A stretch of 63,527 nt of DNA, the filler included, from Octopus bimaculoides (taxonomy: Eukaryota), in NCBI RefSeq assembly GCF_001194135.2. It is 6 parts of 6 records of this genome, joined end to end, with 100 filler letters (N's around TTAATTAATTAA, not from the genome) between each part and the next. Parts side by side here need not be neighbours in the genome. Positions count along the whole stretch, not along the records: positions 58,569 to 63,527 come from NW_026330863.1; 5 more parts are not named here. One strand, written 5' to 3'. The position numbers and the translations under genes were made by a program. Below are positions 63,479-63,527 of this stretch, piece by piece. The notes under the pieces are model-generated. The model was given only the letters and a program-made list of their open reading frames with translations. It made no database searches and was not told where the DNA came from. Positions within the stretch are counted from its first letter, which is position 1. Each line of letters starts with the position of its first letter.

Positions 63479-63527
63479 ATAGAGTTATAGGTAGATAAAT
63501 AAATTGGTATATATATATATATATATA

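Overview
Eukaryotic, AT-rich, gap-ridden DNA saturated with TA/TG/TATG/AAT microsatellites, SINEs, LINE 3' ends and MITEs. The repeat families look like those of an octopus (inferred, not verified). Five identical artificial linkers (44 N + TTAATTAATTAA + 44 N) cut the window into six joined segments: A 1-13166, B 13267-21224, C 21325-35069, D 35170-46209, E 46310-58468, F 58569-end. Adjacency across linkers is therefore unproven. Almost all ORFs in the supplied track are microsatellite or N-gap artefacts. One gene is clearly recognisable: the 1.74-kb first coding exon of MFSD6 (minus strand, 19165-17428, ending at a GTGAGT donor); I found no downstream MFSD6 exons. Reading splice signals by hand gave a second gene mostly missed by the ORF track: four frame-compatible minus-strand exons (55922-55822, 54876-54808, 48170-48063, 24068-23995) encoding about 116 C-terminal residues ending EEDTCTC*, which I could not identify. 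These exons lie only in the two segments where repeats have visibly lost CpG (C and E). The rest is mobile DNA: five R4/Dong-like LINE 3' fragments tied to (TAA)n tracts, three mariner relics with TIRs, piggyBac/hAT/Tc1-like MITEs, modular tRNA-derived SINEs and degenerate hammerhead-like motifs. No CRISPR array, true tRNA or rRNA gene was seen. I found no clearly new biological system; the unidentified gene and the TAA-linked retroelement behaviour are the best leads.
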